Below, in pieces: positions 55,546-64,000 of a DNA stretch of 64,000 nt; the first letter of the stretch is position 1, and every line of letters begins with the position of its first letter. The stretch comes from Octopus vulgaris. Lineage: Eukaryota. Position numbers and translations under genes: made by a program. Below the pieces are notes generated by a model that saw nothing but the letters and a program-made list of their open reading frames with translations, had not been told where the DNA came from and did not search any database. Location of the stretch: NCBI GenBank assembly GCA_951406725.2, contig OX597835.1:6696001-6760000 (forward strand), given 5' to 3'.

Positions 55546-55899
55546 AAATACTAAATATACATTAAGTGAAAACTAAAACAATACTTAAATTATTCAATAG
55601 TTTAAAATTAATTAATATACACAATGATAGTAAAAGTCATTAAATAGTAATCAAAATAAGAAATGGTTCAAATATAGACAAACTCATTAAATAAGCTAAC
55701 TATATAATTAATATACATGTGTAGTATCAATAGATTTAATATATCAATCTATAATATAGTTGACTAAATATCAATTAATATAATACCTAATTATCTTAAC
55801 ATTTAATACTACATAATAAATATACCACCTAATAATTAAATAATATATAGTCTAACAAAATTAATTCTCAAATTAAATCAAATGTAATACGTTAGATCC

Positions 55900-55992
<93 letters not shown>

Positions 55993-56585
55993 CTAGATAA
56001 ATAGGTATAAGAATTAACATCTATCGTAACTTATAACTATCAATAAATATAAAAATGATATAATGGCGAGAATTATATGCTAATGGAAAGTAAAAATCAT
56101 TTAAGCCCTATAAATTAAAGAAAGGTGCAAAAATATTAGAACCAATGAAGAATACACTATGAAGATTTACAATTACAATCACTAGTCCACTACAAACCCA
56201 CTCAATAACAATAATAATAATAACAACGATCAAACTCAAAATAATACAAGATCCAAATAATATTGATAAACAAACTACGTTACTAAGTTCAACGATTAAA
56301 TTAATCTATCTGGATTTTAAATGTATTAATATGTTTTAGAGTCTAATTAATATACCCAATGCTATTACTAGTCATGAATAATACAATCAAAAATTGGAAA
56401 TAGTTCAAATATACTCAAATCCATTATATAAACTAATTATATTATTAATATCTATGTATATCTTTAGATTTAATATTTCAAACGGTAATAAAGTTAAACA
56501 TAAAATTGATATTAAAATAAAAACTAGTTTACTTAAATGTAATACTACTTAATAAAAATATTATCTAATTATTAAAAAATATGGG

Positions 56586-56968
56586 ATGGAAGCACTCCGT
56601 CGGTTACGACGATGAGGGTTCCAGTTGATCCGATGAACGGAACAGCCTGCTCGTGAAATTAACGTGTAAGTGGCTGAACACTCCCCAGACACGTGTACCC
56701 TTAACGTAGTTCTCGGGGATATTCAGCGTGACACAGAGAGTGACAAGGCCGGCCCTTTCAAATACAGGTACAACAGAAACAGGAAGTAAGAGTGAGAGAA
56801 AGTTGTGGTGAAAGAGTACAGCAGGGATCACCACCATTCCCTGCCGGAGCCTCGTGGAGCTTTAGGTGTTTTCGCTCAATAAACACTCACAACGCCCGGT
56901 CTGGGAATCGAAACCGCGATCCTATGACCGCGAGTCCGCTGCCCTAACCACTGGGCCATTGCGCCTTC

Positions 56969-56970
<2 letters not shown>
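56586..56970 (-). mobile_element. SINE family B, full length with tail 1
   Basis: Reverse complement of the family B consensus; inserted in an AT-rich repeat. Confidence 0.9.
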
Positions 56971-57005
<35 letters not shown>

Positions 57006-57395
57006 TATATAGTCTAACGAAACTAATTCTCAAATTAGATAATATGTAAAACGTTAAATTCCTGTATAAAAATTAAAAGATATCATATCTAATATCGAAC
57101 GTAAAAAATAACTATCAAGAAACTATAAATAAATAATAATATTACAGCAACAATAATAACAACAACAATAACAATATGTTGAATACAATCATAATTAACC
57201 AATCCTCCTGTGTTTTCTTTTACCGAAAGACAATTTCAAACCCAAAGCGATTCCAAATTCAAATGAAATAGATAAACGATAAAATGTCTTGTCCAAAAGA
57301 CACAACGCACCACCATATATGGAACCCACGTTCTCATGATGCTGAGCCGATTATCCTAACTGTTAAGTCACGCACTTTTACACAGCATAGGCTGA

Positions 57396-57931
57396 AAGGG
57401 GCGCTGAAAAGTTCCTAACTTTAAAGGTATCGAAAAAGGCCTGGCTGGAGGTCCAACCTTCCGAGTTCTTTTACGGAGCTTAGAAATCCCGAAGGACCGC
57501 TGCAATAAGTGCGTGGATCTGAGAGGAGGGGAATATGTTGAATAAACTCATAATTAACCGATCCTCCTGTATTTTCTTTTACTGAAAGCCAGAAACTTTT
57601 CAGCACCCCCTCATGTGTGTGTATACATACATACATACATACATATATACATACATACATACATACACAGACACATACATACAAACACACACACACACAC
57701 ACATATTTATATACGAGGGGTTACTGAAAAGTTCCTAGCTTAAAGGGAGTCACGAAAGGCCTGGTTGGAAGCCCAACATTTTGAGTTCTTTTACAGGGTT
57801 TAGAAAAACTGAAGGACCGTTGCAATAAGTGTGTGAATCTGAGAGGGGAATTATGTTGAATAAAATCATAATTAACTGATCCTCCTGTGTTTTCTTTTAC
57901 CCAAAGCCAGGAGCTTTTCAGTACCCCCTCT
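57396..57931. mobile_element. Two tandem copies of a ~215 bp mariner-type MITE (57396-57612 and 57714-57931)
   Basis: TIRs gagggg.tactgaaaagttcct ... aggagcttttcagtaccccctc. Related copies at ~7741-7915 and ~40015-40160. Confidence 0.75.
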
Positions 57932-59282
57932 TATAATGTTTTATGAATTCCACAAAGATGAAAGAAGCAAAGACAACCTCAGCAGGATTTGAACTCAGAA
58001 CGTAAAGAACCGGAATTTTGAGTAATGCTCAACCGATCGTGATTAATAAGATATATTTTTGATTTCGAATTTTGGCAGAAGGCCAGCAATTTTTAAGGGA
58101 GGGTGATTTAGTCGATTGCATTGAACCCAGTATATGATTGGTACTTTATTTTATCGACCCCGATAAGTGGAGGCGTGTAGCTTAGTGGTCATGATCGTAA
58201 GGTTGTGGTTTCGATTCCTGGACCAAGCGATGCATTGTGTTCTTGAGTAAAATACTCCATTTCATGTCGCTCCACTCCACTCAGCAGGCAAAAATGAGAA
58301 GTCCTGTGATAGACCGGCTTTCCGTCCAAGAGGGAAAATATTTACGCCACAAAAACCGGCTCTTTGAGTCTGTATAATTCGGGAAGGGATTTTAAACCAA
58401 TTCTATCCAGTCGTGATAAAAGTAAAGTAGACCCCTGTGGGATTTGAAATCAGAAGCTAAAAACACCGGATTTTTATCATCGGAAGCCATTACCGGTCGA
58501 GATTTATCACATTATTATTAAGAATAGTTTGTCTTTGAAGATAAAAACATAAAATAAAGGAGAAATTGTTGATGCAAAAATAAGTATAGCTTTGAGAAAT
58601 AAATAGATTTTCGTAATTTATCGCTAAAGAAATAGCGTTATTCGACATCTCGAGGAAGTAAACCGTTATTAACACACGGAGACAGGATATTACAGAGAAA
58701 TGGTCAAGTTATAGATTATATATTATATCAGGAAATATTATATAGGAAAGATTGGAAATATTATATAAAATATGTTATTGAAAATATATAAAATGTCTGA
58801 CTGGAAATTTTATGTTGTAAACTTATTCAGATGTGTTATGTAACATATATTATTAAAGGTGTTGTGTAGAAAATCTTATTGAATATGTTATATAAAAATG
58901 CTATTGAAAATAAATCATCATGAGCACGTAAATGGTGAAAATCAAAATAATAAAGAGTATATTGGTTACCAATATTTTCTGAAAGATTTGAACGTGGCTA
59001 TGCTAATCGCTGTTGTATTTTGCCTTTAGACGATGTGTATTGACAGCACACACAAGTCAGTGACGTAGGAGGACTTTGACACACCGGTATTTCGACCTGA
59101 TAATGCCACTTCAGTCAAATTTTGGCTCGCGTTAACTAATCTAAACAAGAATGACTGTTCATGCTGATAGAATTCAGCAAACAAATCATTTGCTGATGCT
59201 CTGAGTTTTGAAAAAAAAAAAAGAAATTCGTGGAGTACATTGCAAAATATGTCAATACCTGTGTGCAGGTGTGGTTGGTTTG

Positions 59283-59790
59283 CTTTGTGTCTGCTTGGTT
59301 TGGGAGTTGGCAGAATCGTTAACAGGTCGGACAAGATGCTTAGCAGCCTTTCGTCCGTTCAGAGCTCAAATTCCACCGAGGTCGTCTTTTGCAAGGGGCT
59401 AAACATAGAGGGGACAAACAAGGACAGACAAACGGATTAAGTCGATTATATCGAACCAAGTGCGTAACTGGTACTTAATTTATCGATCCCGAAAGGATGA
59501 AAGGCAAAGTCGACCTCAGCGGAATTTGAACTCAGAACGTAACGGCAGACGAAATACCTATTTCTTTACTACCCACAAGGGGCTAAACACAGAGAGGACA
59601 AACAAGGACAGACAAACGGATTAAGTCTATTATACCGAACCCAGTGCGTAACTAGTACTTAATTTATCGACCCTGAAAGGATGAAAGGCAAAGTCGACCT
59701 CGGCGGAATTTGAACTCAGAACGTAACGGCGGACGAAATACGGCTATGCATTTCGCCCGGCGTGCTAACGTTTCTGCCAGCTCGCCGCCT
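59283..59790 (-). mobile_element. SINE family C tandem dimer (59390-59790) abutting a + strand family C 5' fragment
   Basis: Two ~180-230 bp units matching the reverse complement of family C. Confidence 0.85.
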
Positions 59791-60182
59791 TCTACATGAC
59801 TAGCTTTCTATATAACTCCAAGTACATTATCCTCCATAGGTTGTAGAATTCAGTCGTGGTGTACTTTACCTTCATCACTTAATTTTTTCATAGTTTCGAG
59901 CAAACTCCGATGCAATCAATTATCTGCACCTAATCCGGCATCTAAATGTTTCGTATCTTGTGTTTAGGCTAGAAATCAATGTTTGTACACTTATAATGCT
60001 CCCGGCAATGTTCTAAAGGTCATCAGATCGGTTTCTGGTTGTCAGTCACAGTTTGACAACATTACAGTTCACTTACCAAGTTAATTCGTTTCTTTTTCGC
60101 AATGTATTTATATTTCTATATTGCAATATTACACACACAAACACACACACACACACGCACACACATGCACACACACACACAA

Positions 60183-60213
<31 letters not shown>

Positions 60214-60819
60214 AACGCGCCCGCACACACACATACAAACACATTACGTTTTATTGTATTATATTTACATATGCAATTAAGCATACATATATACATACAT
60301 TTATGTATACATACATACATACATACATACATACATACATGTATATATATGTATACACATATACACGTATATAGATAGATACATACTTACAGATAGATAT
60401 ATACATTAGCAAAGTTTAGGTTACTTAAAATGTTTGTGACATTTTTGAACTGTTTATATATATATAAAATTTAATAAACATAATATAGGTTTTTGTGTGC
60501 TACTATTAGTTTCCTGTGATGAGAGCATGCCAAACAGTAGCTTTTAAGACGTATGGTGCCCTAGCACAAACTTTAGTCACCGCTCACATGGCATAACAAA
60601 CTAAAAATGGGACGATAGGACGAGAGAAAAAGCGAGAAAAGGTGAAAAAGAAGTAAATAAAAAAAAAGGTGGAAGGTTGAAAAATCAGAAAACAAAAAAG
60701 AAAACAGAAAGAAACAAACGCGTGTGGAATTAAATTTATTTCCCCTTCGACCGTATAGGCCCGAAAGATCGTGGTATAGCTGTTCAGTTCGGAGTGGGTG
60801 ACACTTTCTAATTCGTCAA

Positions 60820-61830
60820 CAGGAATTTAGCCATATGCTAACAATTGCTGAAAATTTTGGATCTAGAATTCAGCAGCGTGTTAGAAGTCTTAGATCTGAA
60901 AAGCATCTTAATTTTTTCGGTTACGCACAGTTTACATCTTTTAGATCCATTAACATATGGTGTGGATTTTTCGACTATTTTTTCACTTTATCGTATGTGG
61001 TGTGGCGTTCCACTTCAAACCCTATACGTGGATGGCCAACTTAGTAGCTTTACTTTTGTCCCTGTGTCGGAAGGGAGATGTGTGATTAGCGTAACGATTT
61101 TTGAATACATCTTAACATATCCCGATATAGCTCTTCTTATCGATTGTGTTATAATCTAGCGCTGCTGTAACTACTGTCTAATATATGACGTATTTAAACA
61201 TGTGGAGGCTCAATGGCCCAGTGGTTAGGGCAGCGGACTCGCGGTCATAGGATCGCGGTTTCGATTCCCAGACGTTGTGAGTGTTTATTGAGCGAAAGCA
61301 CCTAAAGCTCCACGAGGCTCCGGCAGGGGATGGTGGTGATCCCTGCTGTACTCTTTCGCCACAACTTTCTCTCACTCTTACTTCCTGTTTCTGTTGTACC
61401 TGTATTTCAAAGGGCCGGCCTTGTCACTCTCTGTGTCACGCCGAATATCCCCGAGAACTACGTTAAGGGTGCATGTGTCTGTGGAGTGCTCAGCCACTTA
61501 CACGTTAATTTCACGAGCAGGCTGTTCCGTTGATTCGGATCAACCGGAACCCTCATCGTCGTAACCGACGGAGTGCTTCCACAGTATTTAAACATACATT
61601 CCTGCGCCTTTACAGTTATAACTGCGAGTGGGCTCTTGGTGGTGTTTTCGTATAATGATGTTTTTTTTATATTAGGGCAGCAGCTATATGATAATTCCAC
61701 TGAGTGCCTGTTAAATGTTTTCCAGCACCTGAGATTTTCTGGAAAATATTTGTCTAGGAAAGACAGGAATCTTTTACCTATGTTAGTTTGTACATTAAGA
61801 GAAAGGGGTGTGTGCAAATTATTTTCCGAG
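60820..61830 (-). mobile_element. Decayed Penelope-like retroelement (second family), GIY-YIG region, interrupted by a SINE
   Basis: PLSLNVQTNIGKRFLSFLDKYFP...TFNRHSVELSYSCCPNI, then after removing the SINE: ECMFKYVIY*TVVT...SYIGIC*DVFKNRYANHTSPFRHRDKSKATKLAIHV. Confidence 0.8.
61202..61583 (+). mobile_element. SINE family B, full length with tail 1
   Basis: TSD gtatttaaacat at 61190-61201 and 61584-61595. Confidence 0.92.
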
Positions 61831-61907
61831 ATCTATTTTTAGGTCTATTATTATTTATCATTATTCCTGTTAATATTAGAGGGGCTATATATTATTTTCT
61901 ACTGTAG

Positions 61908-62104
61908 ACACTTGGCCCCAAATTTTGGGGAGGTGACCAGTCGATTAGATAGACCTCAGTACGCAACTGGTACTTAATTTATCGACCCCGAAAGGACGAA
62001 ATGTAAAATCGACCTCGGCGGAATTTGAACTCAGAACGTAAAGATAGACAAAATACCCCTAAGCATTTCGCCCAGCGTGCTAACGATTCTGCTAGCTCGC
62101 CGCC
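61908..62104 (-). mobile_element. SINE family C with an alternative 3' end
   Basis: Family C head and central domain, ending in cctccccaaaatttggggccaagtgtc on the minus strand. Confidence 0.78.
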
Positions 62105-62384
62105 TGCAGAGGGGTTATATATTAATGTATCCTTAAAGCCACCATTGGCTAGGGCATTTTTGTAGTAAGGGGCTACCTTCTCGAAAAAATTCTGTGGAAG
62201 AGAGGTTAGAAACTCTGTTACTAATGTTAAAAATCACACACATACACACATATATATACACACACATACAAATATATTCCTCTATGCACACAAACATATA
62301 TACATATACATGCATCTATTTATATATGTTTACATATACATACATACATACATGTATATATGTATATATATATGTATATATATG

Positions 62385-62416
<32 letters not shown>

Positions 62417-62577
62417 ATTAATTTGGAATAATTATTAATTACACCCTTTATTGTTACTGAATTTCACCTTTTATTGTTACTGATAACTATATATATATAT
62501 AGATGAGTGTATTTTTACCTTGTTAACAATTAACACGGAAAAATACTTGTTTAAACCTGCGTTAACTCCATTTTTTA

Positions 62578-62621
<44 letters not shown>

Positions 62622-62900
62622 ACTGCACACACGCAGACACACACATATGCACACATAAATATCTCGAGTCGTTGCGCTCTGAAACGGAATATACTTGCTA
62701 CGAGGTAAGACCACAGGCGTTTCCTTTATATTGTATATCAGAAATTAACTCTTTCCATTTATTCATTCACAATAGAGACATATGTCATAGCTCGAAATAA
62801 TCCATCATTTATATGAGCATTAGTTGAGCACCTTTCGTGCGAAAAATACCTCGCTAACACTAATTACCGTGTCCCATGTGCATAAGTGTTTTGCGGCAAA

Positions 62901-63042
62901 TATACATACATACATACATACATACATACATACATACATACATACATACATACATACATACATACATACATACATACATACATTCAAGCATACATACATA
63001 CATATATACATACATACATACATACATATATACATTCAGGCA

Positions 63043-63121
<79 letters not shown>

Positions 63122-63405
63122 GCATACATATACACATTCATACATAGATAAATACACACATATATACATGCATACACAGATACATACATATATGCATACA
63201 TATATACACTCATACATAGATACATACACATATACATTCATACACACATAGATACGTACATAAATACATACATACATATATACATTCATACATACATACA
63301 TAGAAATGTAAATATATGCATACATATGTGTGTGTGTGTGTATGTTATTGTATGTGTGTGTGTATGTGTGAGTATGTGTGTGTGTATGTGTGAGTATGTG
63401 TGTGT
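62901..63405. repeat. (TACA)n/(TA)n/(TG)n compound microsatellite
   Basis: Directly visible. Confidence 0.95.
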
Positions 63406-63772
63406 AAATCCTGGCTTCATCTGTTCAGGCGAACATGGCTAGATCATTTAGAAGAAAAAATCTCCAGCTGGCAAATCTGTCGATATATTGTAGTAGAAAT
63501 AATGAGTCCGGTAAAAAGTACTTTGCGTCATACTGAGACACTTCGATGGCCGGTTAGCAAAAACACTGGGCAATGTTTTATAGCAAGAAGTAGGAAAGGT
63601 AATCTGTCTACCTAGGATTTTACCTATTAGTATTTTTGATAAAGCTGACGTGGATAAAGATCAGAGAAGTTCGACAAAAGACATTGACGTGATAATACAT
63701 TATAATAGTTTCCGACTTTGACACAAGGCCAGCAATTTTGAAGGATACAGACATACATATATATGTATGTGT

Positions 63773-63807
<35 letters not shown>

Positions 63808-64000
63808 ACGTGATCACGTGACCGACCAGACCATCAGATGTTGCTACACATTGCTGTTCACAATGCGCTTCGCATTGTTTTAGCCTTCGAATTGACGCCA
63901 CCCCGCTGGCTAAGCGAGCAGGCCAACAGAAGAAAGAGTGAGAGAAAGTTGTGGTGAAAGAGTACAGCAGGGATCGCCAACACCCCCTGCCGGAGCCTCG
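63808..64000 (-). mobile_element. SINE family B with tail 2, running off the window end
   Basis: Near-identical to 14272-14465. Confidence 0.87.

Overview
Eukaryotic, very AT- and microsatellite-rich genomic DNA. The repeat repertoire looks like a coleoid cephalopod, probably Octopus; this is pattern recognition, not a database result. The only host gene I can support is four GT-AG exons on the + strand (19312-19384, 21886-21988, 23112-23269, 31966-32086). They splice in frame into the end of a thrombospondin type-1 repeat plus the ADAMTS cysteine-rich module of an ADAMTS or ADAMTS-like/papilin protein, so most of the window is probably its introns. Those introns hold: at least four tRNA-derived SINE families with interchangeable 3' tails, four non-autonomous Helitrons, decayed Penelope-like (GIY-YIG), R4/Dong, L1/Tx1, RTE, hAT and Tc1 relics, several MITEs, and long (TA)n, (AAT)n, (ATGT)n and (TATC)n arrays. 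Almost every ORF in the supplied track is a microsatellite or SINE artefact. The most interesting signal is non-coding. About ten type I hammerhead ribozyme (HHR) motifs, complete or partial and mostly with a palindromic stem III, lie in several unrelated small elements. One is textbook-complete (55360-55465, minus strand), one sits at the 3' end of a tRNA-headed SINE, and several sit at the junction or in the loop of long fold-back inverted repeats inserted in (TA)n tracts. One of these fold-backs is homologous to the terminus of a Penelope-like element in the same window.
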